Assembly (NCBI GenBank): GCA_963815215.1 | Contig: CAWFFU010000011.1 | Coordinates: forward strand, 352,001 to 416,000 | Length of the DNA stretch: 64,000 bases | Direction: 5' to 3' | Source: an uncultured Trueperaceae bacterium | GTDB lineage: Bacteria; Deinococcota; Deinococci; Deinococcales; Trueperaceae | Shown: piece by piece, positions 35,284 through 45,585 of the stretch | Position numbering within the stretch: the first letter of the stretch is position 1 | How the letters are laid out: every line of letters starts with the position of its first letter | Notes under the pieces: generated by a model | Seen by the model: only the letters and a program-made list of their open reading frames with translations | The model's database searches: none | Told to the model about the DNA's origin: nothing | Made by a program: the position numbers and the translations under genes

Positions 35284-36936
35284 GTGTCGTTGCTGGACGG
35301 GAAATACGAGATCATCAGCCAGACTACGGTCGGACAGGGCCGAACCCTCATCGAGGCCACGGCACCTGACGGGACCCTCGTGCGCATCGAGTGGTTCGAG
35401 CTCGAGCCCGTCAAGGAACAGGCCTTCGAACGCTACCGGCGCGTCCTGAAACGCCTCAAGCGCGATGGCAAGGCCGCCGTCTACGACATCATCTCCCGCC
35501 CCGGCGCGCACTACGTGGCGTGGGAGCGGGCCGACGACGGGCTGGCCCGCGCCCACGACGCCGACATCGACGCCGCCTTGCAGGAGAACGGCTTCGACGT
35601 CGCCTCTGCCGACGTCCGGCGCAGTGGGCGCAGCACGCGCCTGTACGGCCTCACCTGGGACGGCGGCGCCCCGGTGCAGCAGCACCGGGTGGATCCCGAG
35701 CCGGCGCCGCGCCGGCTTCCGGGGCGCCCGCTCGTTCCCGAGCGATTCGCCCCCTGGGGCCTGACGCTGATCCTGCTGGTGGCGTCGCTCGCGTTGCTGG
35801 GGGGCGGCTTCCTGCGCCGCACGAACGGCCGCACCGTGCAGGTTCCCGACGTGGTCGGGCAGGACGTCAACGACGCCCAGCGCGTGCTGGCACGGCTCGA
35901 GCTCAAGCCCAATCCCACCCCGCTGGAGTCGACGAGCGCGGCGGGCACGGTGCTCTCGGTGCAGCCCTCGGCCGGAACGGAGTTGCGCCCCGGGCGCACG
36001 GTGCAACTCAGCTACGCCCTCCCGCAGGGGCAGCTCGCCAGCACGCAGGTCCCGCAACTGGTGGGCCAGAGCTACCCGGATCAGGTGACGACCACCCTGC
36101 AGCAGGCAGGGCTCGACCTCGGCACCATCGCCCGCATCCATGCCCCCACCCCGGCCGGCGTGGTGCTGGCCCAGTCCGCCCCGAGCGGCTCGAAGCTGGC
36201 GAAGGCGCAGCCCGTGGACGTGCTGGTCAGTCTGGGACCGATCCAGCAGCAGACCTTCCTGCCGAACCTGGTGGGCCTGTCGATCGACGACGCCCGCTAC
36301 CTGGCGGGCGTGGCCGGCCTCTCGCCCGACCAGATCCTGGAGGACGACGTCAACGCACCGGACGGCTATCCGGGGGAGGTCCTGAGCCAGTCGCTGGCGC
36401 CCTACCTGTCCGAGCCCGTCAACGAGTCGATCCTGCGGCTGGTGGTGCAGCAGGGGGCCCCAACGGGCGGACAGAAGGCGGCGAGCGTGCCTTCGGTCGT
36501 CGGCATGCCCCTCGAGCAGGCTCAGACGGCGGCGGCCGGCTATACCATCTCCACGACCACCGTCGAGTCGCCGCTGCTCCCCGAAGGCGTGGTGCTGCAG
36601 GCGCCGGCGCCGGGCGCCGACCCCGGCAACCACACGCTGGCGCTGACGGTCAACGTGCATCCCGTTCCGCTCGCGGCTCCCGGTGCGTTCGCCACGGTCA
36701 AGCAGCCGTCGTTGCGGCACGTCCCGTACGCCTGGACGATCCAGCCCGGCATCGGCCAGCAGGTCGCGATGGTCTACGCCCGACCCCTCAACGGCCAGCG
36801 CACGCTGGTCGACCGCGCCACGGTGCGGGGCGGCGAGCTTCTGCAGGGCACATGGCTGACCACCTATCCGGGGCCCGTCACCTTCACCCTGGAGCTCAAC
36901 GGTCAACCCTACGGCTCCCCCCTGTTCGTTCCCTGA
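35284..36936 (+). CDS. PASTA-domain membrane protein with a degenerate kinase-like N-terminus
   Basis: LDGKYEIISQ…, one TM helix, four PASTA-type repeats (VPDVVGQ, VPQLVGQ, LPNLVGL, VPSVVGM). Confidence 0.85.
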   Translation: MSLLDGKYEIISQTTVGQGRTLIEATAPDGTLVRIEWFELEPVKEQAFERYRRVLKRLKRDGKAAVYDIISRPGAHYVAWERADDGLARAHDADIDAALQENGFDVASADVRRSGRSTRLYGLTWDGGAPVQQHRVDPEPAPRRLPGRPLVPERFAPWGLTLILLVASLALLGGGFLRRTNGRTVQVPDVVGQDVNDAQRVLARLELKPNPTPLESTSAAGTVLSVQPSAGTELRPGRTVQLSYALPQGQLASTQVPQLVGQSYPDQVTTTLQQAGLDLGTIARIHAPTPAGVVLAQSAPSGSKLAKAQPVDVLVSLGPIQQQTFLPNLVGLSIDDARYLAGVAGLSPDQILEDDVNAPDGYPGEVLSQSLAPYLSEPVNESILRLVVQQGAPTGGQKAASVPSVVGMPLEQAQTAAAGYTISTTTVESPLLPEGVVLQAPAPGADPGNHTLALTVNVHPVPLAAPGAFATVKQPSLRHVPYAWTIQPGIGQQVAMVYARPLNGQRTLVDRATVRGGELLQGTWLTTYPGPVTFTLELNGQPYGSPLFVP

Positions 36937-37221
36937 GTCACCGGAGCGGGCGCCACTGTCACCCGGAACGCCCTTCGGCCGGCGCTGGACGCGGTAGAGT
37001 GTCGGCCGGCTCTGTGCCTTGCGGGTGCACCGCCCTCCCGGCCGCCCTCGTCGCTCGGTGGGGTGGGCCGCCATCGCCGTCGCCGCGCCGCCACTGCGAC
37101 CTTCGTCGCACGCCGGCCTAGGACGGCGCGACGAGGCCCTTCGCTCCGCACGGCCGTCATCCTGGGGAGGATGTTCGGCTGGCCCTTGGCCCGCACTCGC
37201 TCGACGCCTCCGGAGGGGAAC

Positions 37222-38985
37222 GTGCTGCAGACCATCCGTGACCTCTCGCGCTATGTGCGCCGTCACAAACGCGCCTACCTCGTCGGCGTGGCGATGATGG
37301 TCGTCAACGCGTTCTTCGCGACGCTCGCGCCCATCATCCCCGGCATGGCGATCGACGCGCTCAAGCAGGGCACCATGACCCTGGACAGGGTCTGGGTCTA
37401 CGTGGCGGCGCTGTTGGGCACCGCGCTGGCCAGCAGCCTGGCCATGGTGCTGGTGCGGCGCAGCCTGCTGGCCGCCAGCTGGGAGATCCAGTTCGACGTT
37501 CGGCACGACCTGTTCCGACACTTCACGAGCCTCGACGGTGGCTACTACGACAATCACCGCGTCGGCGACCTGATGGCGCGTCTGACGGCCGACCTCAACG
37601 CGGTACGTATGTTGGTCGGCGTGGGCGCCTTCCAGGCCATCAACACGGTGCTGCTACTCAGCTTCACGCTCACCCGCATGGCCCGTCTCAGCCTGAACCT
37701 GACGCTGATGATGCTGGTGATCATGCCGCTCATCTCGCTGACCTTCTTCGTGTTCATGCGCATCATCCACCGCCGCTACCAGAAGGTGCAGGAGCAGTTC
37801 AGTGAGGTGTCGGCGATGGCGCAGGAGAACTTCGACGGGATGCGGGTCGTGAAGGGCTTCGGGATCGAACACCGACACCTGGATACCTTCGGGCGCCTCA
37901 ACGACGAATACATCCGCCGCTACCTGTCGCTGACGCGCATCGACGGTCCGCTCGACCCCCTCATGGAGACGCTGTTCGGCATCGCGGTGACGGTGCTCCT
38001 GCTGGTCGGAGGCCGATACGTTCTCGGCGTGGGCGGCAACCTCACCATCGGCCAGTTCTCCAGCTTCGTGTTCCTGTTCAACGGCGTCCAGTGGCCGCTC
38101 ATCGCGCTGGGATGGATCGCCAACCTGGCGCAACGCGGCTCCACCTCGTGGCACCGCCTGCGCGAAATCCTCGACAGCGAGCCCGCGATCCAGGACGGAC
38201 CGCACACCGACTACGGTCTGAGTCGCATCGAGGGCGAGATCGAGTTCCGGCACGTGAGCATCGCCTTCGACGGCGTGGCCGCGCTGGAGGACGTGAGCTT
38301 CCACGTGGCTGCCGGCGCGAGCATCGGCATCACCGGCCGCACCGGCGCAGGCAAGACGCTCATCGCCCGCCTGGTCGCGCGCCAGCTCGACCCCGACAGC
38401 GGCGAGATCCTGCTCGACGGCATCGACATCCGGCGCTACCCGGTGGCCGTCGTGCGACGCTTCATCGGGCTGGTCCCGCAGGAGCCCTTCCTGTTCAGCG
38501 ACACCATCGCCGAGAACATCGCCTACGGCGTTCCCGAGACCGACCTCACGAAGCTCCTGCCCGAGGTACGGCGCGCCGCCACGCTGGCGCAGCTCGACGG
38601 CGACATCGAGGACTTCCCGATGGGGTACGACACGCGCCTGGGCGAGCGCGGGGTCACGCTCTCCGGCGGACAGCGCCAGCGCACCGCCATCGCCCGCGCT
38701 ATCGTGCGCGATCCGCCCGTGCTGATCTTCGACGACGCCCTCTCCGCGGTCGACACGCAGACCGAGGCGCACATCCTCGAGGGCCTCGGCACGGTCCAGC
38801 GCGGACGCACCACGCTGATCGTGGCGCACCGCATCAGCGCCTTCCAGCACTCCCACCGGGTGATGGTGCTGGAGCAGGGCCGCGTCGCGGAAGAGGGGAC
38901 GCACGAGGAGTTGTTGGAGAAGGACGGCTGGTACGCCGACATGCACCGCCGCCAGCAGCTCGAAGCCGATCTGGAGGCCGCATGA
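37222..38985 (+). CDS. ABC exporter, heterodimer subunit A
   Basis: TMD plus NBD; GRTGAGKT, LSGGQRQR, degenerate Walker B IFDDALS. Confidence 0.93.
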   Translation: MLQTIRDLSRYVRRHKRAYLVGVAMMVVNAFFATLAPIIPGMAIDALKQGTMTLDRVWVYVAALLGTALASSLAMVLVRRSLLAASWEIQFDVRHDLFRHFTSLDGGYYDNHRVGDLMARLTADLNAVRMLVGVGAFQAINTVLLLSFTLTRMARLSLNLTLMMLVIMPLISLTFFVFMRIIHRRYQKVQEQFSEVSAMAQENFDGMRVVKGFGIEHRHLDTFGRLNDEYIRRYLSLTRIDGPLDPLMETLFGIAVTVLLLVGGRYVLGVGGNLTIGQFSSFVFLFNGVQWPLIALGWIANLAQRGSTSWHRLREILDSEPAIQDGPHTDYGLSRIEGEIEFRHVSIAFDGVAALEDVSFHVAAGASIGITGRTGAGKTLIARLVARQLDPDSGEILLDGIDIRRYPVAVVRRFIGLVPQEPFLFSDTIAENIAYGVPETDLTKLLPEVRRAATLAQLDGDIEDFPMGYDTRLGERGVTLSGGQRQRTAIARAIVRDPPVLIFDDALSAVDTQTEAHILEGLGTVQRGRTTLIVAHRISAFQHSHRVMVLEQGRVAEEGTHEELLEKDGWYADMHRRQQLEADLEAA

Positions 38986-40949
38986 TGGACGCCACCGAGC
39001 GCCGGGACGTCGCCCAGGCCGTCACCGACATGGACCTGCCCGACTACTCGGTCGAGCGGGCCAAGGACGAGTTCCGGCGCCTCCGTCGCAGCCGCCGCGG
39101 ACGCATGCGTGAGGAGAGCAAGCTCGACGAGGACGGCGAGGCCTTCGAGAAGTCGTTCGACTGGCAGATCATGGGGCGCTTGATGGCCTACCTCAAGCCC
39201 TACCGAGGCCAGCTCGCCGCCGCTATCGCCATGTTGCTGGCGTACAGCGCGATCACCCCCGCCTTCCCCACCCTGCTGGCGCAGGCCGTCGATCGCTACA
39301 TCGTGGCGGACAGAGCGCCCTACAGTGGCCTCAGCCTGGACCAGCGCCTGCACGGCCTGACCGTCATCGTGCTGCTCTACCTGGGCTTGCGGCTCGTCAA
39401 CTTCGGCCTCCGGTACGGCTACACCTACCTGGTGGAGTGGCTGGGGCAGCACATCATCTACGACATCCGACGCGAGATCTTCGGCAAGATCCAGCGGCTG
39501 CACATGGGCTTCTTCGACCGGACGCCGGTCGGTCGCCTCATCACCCGCATCACCAGCGACGTGGAGGCGGTGCAGACCATGATGACCGACGGCGTGGTGG
39601 GCCTGATCGCCGACGTCGGCATGGTGGTGGGACTGCTGGTGTACATGTTCAGCATCAACTGGCGGCTGGCGTTGATCACGCTGACGGTGATGCCCGTGCT
39701 GTTCCTGACACTCAACCTGCTCAGGCGCCGCATCCGCGACGCCTATCGGGCGGTGCGACTGCGCACCTCGCGCTCCAACGCCTATCTGGCGGAGAGCCTC
39801 GGCGGCATGCGCACGATCCAGCTGTTCAACCGCGAGGCGCGCAACCAGCGCAGCTTCGATCGCATCAACCTGGGGCTGCTAGACGCCTACGCCGAGCAGA
39901 TCCGCTGGTTCAGCTTGTTCTGGCCGACCGTGAACATCTTGTCGGCCGTGTCGACGGCGATGATCCTGTATTACGCGGCGCTGGAGATCGTCGGCCCCGG
40001 CCTCTCCAACACCGTCACCATCGGTGTGCTGGTCGCCTACATCCAGTTCTCCAACATGTTCTTCCGGCCCCTCCAGGACCTCTCGGACAAGTTCAACATC
40101 ATGCAGGCGGCGATGGCTTCGTCCGAACGCATCTTCGGACTGATCGACACACCCGAGAAGATCGCCAACCGGCCGGACGCCGTGCACTTCGAGACGACGT
40201 TCCAAGGAGAGCTGGCGTTCGATCACGTGCACTTCGCCTACAACGCTGAGGACTGGGTGCTGCGCGATGTCAGCTTCACCATCCGGCCGGGCGAGTCGGT
40301 GGCGTTCGTGGGTCACACCGGCGCCGGCAAGACCACCATCATCAGCCTCGTCAGCCGCTTCTATGACGTGCAGCGCGGAGCGGTGCGCATCGACGGCCGC
40401 GACGTGCGCGACTACGACCAGGTGGAACTGCGGCGGCACGTGGGCATCGTGCTACAGGACCCCTTCCTGTTCAGTGGCACGGTGCGCAGCAACATAACGC
40501 TGGGCGACGACAGCATCCCGCAGGAGCAGGTCGAGCAGGCGGCCCGCTTCGTCAACGCGCACGGCTTCATCACGCGTCTGCCGGGCGGCTACGACACCCC
40601 CGTGCGCGAGCGTGGGGCCGGCTTCTCCACCGGCCAGAAGCAGCTCATCGCCTTCGCGCGAGCGCTGGTGCAGAATCCGGACATCCTGCTGGTTCTCGAC
40701 GAGGCCACCGCCAACGTCGACACCGAGACCGAAGAGCTCATCCAGGACGCGCTTCGCAAGCTCATGCAGGGGCGCACCAGCATCATCATCGCCCACCGGC
40801 TCTCCACCATCCAGGACGTCGATCGCATCCTGGTGATGCGCAAAGGCAAGCTCATCGAGGAAGGCAGCCACGCCGAGCTGCTCAAGGAGGAAGGCTACTA
40901 CCGCCGGCTCTACGAGTTGCAGTTCCAGGAGCGCCCGGAACCCAGCTGA
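38982..40949 (+). CDS. ABC exporter, heterodimer subunit B
   Basis: ATGA overlap; GHTGAGKT, FSTGQKQ, LDEATA. Confidence 0.93.
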   Translation: MMDATERRDVAQAVTDMDLPDYSVERAKDEFRRLRRSRRGRMREESKLDEDGEAFEKSFDWQIMGRLMAYLKPYRGQLAAAIAMLLAYSAITPAFPTLLAQAVDRYIVADRAPYSGLSLDQRLHGLTVIVLLYLGLRLVNFGLRYGYTYLVEWLGQHIIYDIRREIFGKIQRLHMGFFDRTPVGRLITRITSDVEAVQTMMTDGVVGLIADVGMVVGLLVYMFSINWRLALITLTVMPVLFLTLNLLRRRIRDAYRAVRLRTSRSNAYLAESLGGMRTIQLFNREARNQRSFDRINLGLLDAYAEQIRWFSLFWPTVNILSAVSTAMILYYAALEIVGPGLSNTVTIGVLVAYIQFSNMFFRPLQDLSDKFNIMQAAMASSERIFGLIDTPEKIANRPDAVHFETTFQGELAFDHVHFAYNAEDWVLRDVSFTIRPGESVAFVGHTGAGKTTIISLVSRFYDVQRGAVRIDGRDVRDYDQVELRRHVGIVLQDPFLFSGTVRSNITLGDDSIPQEQVEQAARFVNAHGFITRLPGGYDTPVRERGAGFSTGQKQLIAFARALVQNPDILLVLDEATANVDTETEELIQDALRKLMQGRTSIIIAHRLSTIQDVDRILVMRKGKLIEEGSHAELLKEEGYYRRLYELQFQERPEPS

Positions 40950-40960
40950 CGGCGCGCGGG

Positions 40961-41764
40961 CTAGAGACCCGCGAACAGGTCGTCGACGGGCGGCTCCGGG
41001 AAAGCCCCGCGGGCACCGCCCAGCGTGAACGTCTCGTACCCCAGGAACGCGCGCCACCCCTCGTCGCCGGCCGCTCGGCCCGCGAAGCTGGAGCGCGGTC
41101 CCACCTGGCTCCGATGCGCCCGGATGGCCCGCTCCTTGGCTTCGGCCCACGCCGAGACATCCAGTACCGCCGCGAACGACGCCTCGCTCACGCCGTAGAG
41201 ACCGGGATCGAGGCGCGCCATGGGACCGTCCGTCCGGCCCTCCTGCATCTGGCGCATACGCTCGGTCGACATGGCGTTGTAGAACAGGCGCCGGGGAGGG
41301 GCGTCCGTGACGCCGCCCGCCGACCAGAAGGCGGCGGTAGCGGCGCGCTGGATACGGATGTGGTCGATGTGGCCGTAGGCGCCATGCGGGTCGAAGGTGA
41401 GCATCACGCGGGGCCGCAGCTCGGCGATCCACGGTCGCAGCGCGGCCTCGAGATCGAACTCGTCGACGTTGAGCAGGGCCCTGGGGTCGTCGTAACGGGT
41501 CCGTTCGAACCGTCCCGAGTCGTGGTAGTCCAGGAAGATGGGCTCTGGGATGCCGAGCGCGCCGCAGGCCTCGCGCAGTTCGGCCTCGCGCAGCGTCCCG
41601 ACGTCGACGTCGGGGTCGATGGCGGGATCGGTGATCTTGCCCGACTCACCGCGCGTGGCACAGATGAGCCGGACGTCGACTCCCGCCGCGGCGTAGCGCG
41701 CGAGCGTGCCGCCGGTGCCGAACGCTTCGTCGTCGGGATGGGCGTAGACAGCAAGCAACGTCAT
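40961..41764 (-). CDS. PIG-L family deacetylase (MshB/BshB-like)
   Basis: AHPDDE, ATRGESG, YGHIDH, AHRSQ. TAGGAT lies 6 nt before the ATG. Confidence 0.92.
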   Translation of the reverse strand: MTLLAVYAHPDDEAFGTGGTLARYAAAGVDVRLICATRGESGKITDPAIDPDVDVGTLREAELREACGALGIPEPIFLDYHDSGRFERTRYDDPRALLNVDEFDLEAALRPWIAELRPRVMLTFDPHGAYGHIDHIRIQRAATAAFWSAGGVTDAPPRRLFYNAMSTERMRQMQEGRTDGPMARLDPGLYGVSEASFAAVLDVSAWAEAKERAIRAHRSQVGPRSSFAGRAAGDEGWRAFLGYETFTLGGARGAFPEPPVDDLFAGL

Positions 41765-41869
41765 GGCCTCATCCTACGGCGTGGCCGTCCAGTGCCGCGT
41801 TCCAGGCGCGTCTCACAATCCTCACGCTACCTAAAGGCAGGACTCAGGGGTCGGCGCTATGTTGGGAGG

Positions 41870-41952
41870 TGCAGGGCAACGTCGTAACACCTCCTAGAGA
41901 CACGTGACCCCTCCACGAAAGGCCGGACCGCCCTCTCCGGCCTTTCACTTTG
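41870..41952 (+). ncRNA. Candidate small RNA with anti-SD-like C-rich motifs
   Basis: TATGTT -10 at 41858-41863, CACCTCCT at 41888, CCCCTCC at 41908, then a strong hairpin and ACTTT. Confidence 0.4.
41917..41946. terminator. Intrinsic terminator hairpin
   Basis: GAAAGGCCGGA-N8-TCCGGCCTTTC. Confidence 0.75.
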
Positions 41953-41968
41953 CCGTCTCCAGCGCTCA

Positions 41969-42517
41969 CTACTGTTTCAGGACCTCGACACGGTAGAAGA
42001 AGGGAAGCTCTTGCCCGGGCTCCAACGGAGTGAGCAAGGTCCAGCGCACCGTGGTGTAGCTCGTCGGTTCCGCGACCTTGCGCGCGCCGCCGCTCCCGAC
42101 CAGGACGGGAGGCTTGGAGAAGCTCTTGCCTCCATCGGCGGAGAACTCCGTCAGCAGGCCGTCCGACGACGGGGTGGCGGAGTTGGGCACGAACTGCATC
42201 CCTGCGGGGACCGGGCTGGTGATCTGCACCACGCCTGCGGGCAGGGTGGTGTCCGACGTGTTCTTGGCGAACAGGCGGTACTCCACGATCTGGCCCGGCC
42301 GAGCGGTGTCGGCCGGCGTCAGCTTCTCGCCCTTCGATCCGTCGCTCTTCGTGACCTCGCTGACGACGTAGATCTCGGTACGGATCTGGACCGGATTGCT
42401 GGTCGCCGACGTGCCGGCGCCGGGCTGCGTGCCGGGGGCCTGCGCCAGCGCCGGGCCCAGCAGCAGGAGGGCGAACAGCGCGGCCCCGAGGAGGAGAGCT
42501 TGCCGTCGTGGTGTCAT
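41969..42517 (-). CDS. Secreted Ig-like (DUF11-like) protein
   Basis: Signal peptide ALA|Q, ARPGQIVEYRL, ITSPVPAGMQFVPNSA, VRWT. Confidence 0.75.
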   Translation of the reverse strand: MTPRRQALLLGAALFALLLLGPALAQAPGTQPGAGTSATSNPVQIRTEIYVVSEVTKSDGSKGEKLTPADTARPGQIVEYRLFAKNTSDTTLPAGVVQITSPVPAGMQFVPNSATPSSDGLLTEFSADGGKSFSKPPVLVGSGGARKVAEPTSYTTVRWTLLTPLEPGQELPFFYRVEVLKQ

Positions 42518-42590
42518 CGGCTCACCTTACCAGTGCTGCATGACGCCGTCTTGAAAGGTCTCTGAAGATTCGGTCAAGGGACGACGTCCG

Positions 42591-43718
42591 TCAGCGACTC
42601 TGTTCGGTCGATCCGGCCAGGCCGCCCCCGGGAGCGGCGCTCCCGCCCGGGGCCGTCCCCGCGAAGGTGACGTAGGGCTCGGCTTCGGCAACGCCGTTGC
42701 GGGCGGCCGCACGGAACCAACGCAGCGCCTGCTGGAAGTCCTGCGCCACGCCGGCACCGTGGAACAGCGCCAGCGCGTACTGGAACTGTGCCGGCCCGTA
42801 CCCCTCCTCCGCCGCCAGTTGGAACTGCCCTGCCGCCTGGCCGGGATCGCGCGGCACACCCATGCCTCGCTGGTACAACTCGCCGAGCGCCAGCTGGGCC
42901 TGCGGATAGCTCTGGTTCGCCGCCAACCGGTACCAGGCGGCGGCATCGTGGTTGCTCCAGGCACGGCCCTGGCCGTTCTCGGCCATGTACCCGAGCATGT
43001 ACTGAGCCCGTGGGTCGCCCGCCTGCGCCAGTGGCGTCCACAGGCGCCGCGCCTGCGCGAAGTCGCCGTCGTTGTACGCACGCATGCCGGCCGCCACGCT
43101 GGCGGCACTGGGCGAACGGCCCCCCTCCATCCCGTTGATGGCCTGGAGCGCCAGCAGCAGCAGCAGCGAGGCAGCGAAACCGATGAGCAGGTAGCCGCGA
43201 AGCCCGAGCCCGCGCGACGCCGGAGGCGTGACCGGGGTGCGCGTCGAGGGCGTCGCCCGAGGACCCTCGGGGGCACCCGGCCCGCGCTCGTCCCCGTTGG
43301 CGCTCCCCCGTCCCTGGGCAAGTTCGGCGATGTCGGGCTCCTCATGGGGCGACGGCACCCATCGTGTCGACGACAGGAACATCGTCGACGGGGTAGCGAC
43401 TTCGCCGCGCTCCCGGTCCGGCGCGACCTCGCTGGCGGGAGTGCGGAGCGAGCGACCCGAGAGGGCACGACCCGCGACGTCCCCGTTGGCAGCGGGGCGG
43501 ACCGACACCGCCACCCCCGCCTCCGCGAACGCACCCGCGATGAGGTTGGCCTTCTCCCGCAAGACCGGTTTGGTGACGGGGCCGACGCGCCCACTCAGCA
43601 GCTTGCGCAGGCGCGCAGGGTCCATGCCGAAGCGTCCGGCGATGATGGCGGCAACGTCCCCCACGCGATCGCCGGGAACTGGCTCCCTGACTTCGACCAC
43701 GAACCGGTTCTCTGGCAC
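42591..43718 (-). CDS. Sel1-repeat membrane protein
   Basis: AQYMLGYM, AQLALGELYQRGMGV, AQFQYALALFHGAGV, one TM helix. GTG after GGAGG. Confidence 0.88.
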   Translation of the reverse strand: MPENRFVVEVREPVPGDRVGDVAAIIAGRFGMDPARLRKLLSGRVGPVTKPVLREKANLIAGAFAEAGVAVSVRPAANGDVAGRALSGRSLRTPASEVAPDRERGEVATPSTMFLSSTRWVPSPHEEPDIAELAQGRGSANGDERGPGAPEGPRATPSTRTPVTPPASRGLGLRGYLLIGFAASLLLLLALQAINGMEGGRSPSAASVAAGMRAYNDGDFAQARRLWTPLAQAGDPRAQYMLGYMAENGQGRAWSNHDAAAWYRLAANQSYPQAQLALGELYQRGMGVPRDPGQAAGQFQLAAEEGYGPAQFQYALALFHGAGVAQDFQQALRWFRAAARNGVAEAEPYVTFAGTAPGGSAAPGGGLAGSTEQSR

Positions 43719-43857
43719 AGCTCCCTCCCGCGACACCCACCATTGTACGCGCGGGTCGAGCACACCGGCGTTCGATTTCGCGCGCCGGACGCTATCGGGC
43801 TCCTCCCGGACGGAATGCCGCCATGCCACGGGACTCCGGTGCTATCGTTGGGCATCC

Positions 43858-44187
43858 ATGAAGCTACTCCTGACGATCGTTCAGGACGCCGACGCAGCGC
43901 GTCTGCAACAGGCCCTCATCGGGGAAGGCCTGCAGTCGACCAAGCTCGCCTCGACCGGCGGGTTCCTGCACGAGGGCAACACGACGCTGATCATCGGGGT
44001 CGAAGCGGACGCCGTAGAGAGCGTGAAGTCGATCATCGCCGCGAACTGCCGGGAGCGCACCAAGGTCACCAGCGCGTCCTCCCCGATCCACGCGCTGGAG
44101 GGCGTTTTCGCGAGCCAGCCGATGGAGGTGCCGGTAGGCGGTGCCATCGTCTTCGTGTTGAGCGTCGACGCGTTCGAGCGGATCTAG
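43858..44187 (+). CDS. darA: Cyclic di-AMP receptor, PII-like (DarA/PstA family)
   Basis: MKLLLTIVQDAD…TKLASTGGFL..GNTTLIIGV…VGGAIVFVL. Confidence 0.9.
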   Translation: MKLLLTIVQDADAARLQQALIGEGLQSTKLASTGGFLHEGNTTLIIGVEADAVESVKSIIAANCRERTKVTSASSPIHALEGVFASQPMEVPVGGAIVFVLSVDAFERI

Positions 44188-44191
44188 CGTC

Positions 44192-45451
44192 TCACCCGCG
44201 TGCCTCCAGGGCGCGCAGGTCGAGCGCCCTCAACTCCCGGAAGCGGAAGGCGAACGCCAGCGCGGTGACGCCACTGGCCAGCGCCGCCACGAACAGCGAC
44301 GGGTAGCCGAGCAGGGGCGCGAGCGCACCTCCGAGCACCGGGGCCAGGCTGGGAAGCGACAGGAAGGTGTTCGAGAGGCCCACGTAGAGGGGGCGGTCCT
44401 CCTCCGGCGCCAGCGCGTAGAGCAGGTTCCAGGACGCGATGCCGACGCTGGAGTTTCCGGCGGCGGAGAACACGAACACGAGCGCGAACGCCTTCCAGCC
44501 CGGCATCAACAACGCCGCCACCGGCGCCAGCAGCAACAGCACCAGGCCCAGCTGAAGGATGGTCACGTTGCGGGCCCGGTTGGCCGCGCCCCGCAACAGG
44601 AAGTTCGCGCCGATCGACGCGAAGGTGGCGACGATGACGTAGCTCCCCAGCACGCTGGCGGGCGCTCCCAGCACCCGGATGGCGTAGACGGCATAGAAGG
44701 GATCGGCCAGCAACGCCAGCAGGCCGAGGAAGCGCACCCTGATGAAGCGGCGCAGGCTCGGGTCGCGCCTGAGCAGCGCCGGGATGGCGCCCACCATCGA
44801 CCGGAACGGTTGCCGTAGCGCCGGCTTGCCGGCCGGCTCCCGCACCAGGCTGAACGACAGGTAGGAGACGCCGGCCAGCACAGTCCCAAGCAGGAACACC
44901 ATGCCGAAGTCCTGCGGGAAGGGGATCCCGGCGGCGAGGATGCGCCGGAGGAGGAACCCGGCAAGGAGCGCCAGGCCGCCACCGATGGCATTCCGGAGCG
45001 CCCAGAAGGTACCGAGGCGGTAGTGCGGCACCACCTTCGCGGTGACGTCGGCGAAGGGAACGCCGGTGACGCCGCCGGCCACCGCGTTGACGGCGATCAT
45101 CGCCAGCACGACGAGCACCACCAGCTCCGGACGGTGCCCGAGGGCGAACACGGAGATCGTCATGAGCGTCCAGGCGGACACGCGCACCAGGGACATGCGG
45201 CGGTACCAAGGCATCTTGAAGGGCTCGTGGGCCAGTCGGTGGGCGACGAAGAGCTGCGGCAGGAACCAGCCGCCGATGCGCAGTGCCGGCACCAGGCCCA
45301 CCACCACCGCGGGCGCACCCAGCGCGGCCAGGAACGGCGCCAGCACCAGCGTGCTGTGGAAGAAGGCCTCGGAACCGTTGACGAAGATGCCGTTGTAGAC
45401 GCCAAGCCAGAAGTTCCGGTCCGGCCGGGACGCCTGTTGCATGAGCGTCAT
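44192..45451 (-). CDS. MFS transporter
   Basis: About 12 hydrophobic segments; APEEDRPLYVG. Confidence 0.85.
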   Translation of the reverse strand: MTLMQQASRPDRNFWLGVYNGIFVNGSEAFFHSTLVLAPFLAALGAPAVVVGLVPALRIGGWFLPQLFVAHRLAHEPFKMPWYRRMSLVRVSAWTLMTISVFALGHRPELVVLVVLAMIAVNAVAGGVTGVPFADVTAKVVPHYRLGTFWALRNAIGGGLALLAGFLLRRILAAGIPFPQDFGMVFLLGTVLAGVSYLSFSLVREPAGKPALRQPFRSMVGAIPALLRRDPSLRRFIRVRFLGLLALLADPFYAVYAIRVLGAPASVLGSYVIVATFASIGANFLLRGAANRARNVTILQLGLVLLLLAPVAALLMPGWKAFALVFVFSAAGNSSVGIASWNLLYALAPEEDRPLYVGLSNTFLSLPSLAPVLGGALAPLLGYPSLFVAALASGVTALAFAFRFRELRALDLRALEARG

Positions 45452-45585
45452 CGTACTCCGCATACGCTCTGGACGGCGGCATCCGACGTCTCACAGGACG
45501 CTTGACCCTTGCGATGCCGCGCCGGCCTCCCGATACTCGTGCCAAAGCGCAACCCGGGACTCGCCGGACAGACCGAGGAGGTACC

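Noticed and set aside
36940..37221. Riboswitch or attenuator in the long leader of the ABC exporter
   Set aside because: GC-rich, but no recognisable aptamer consensus, terminator or credible leader peptide.
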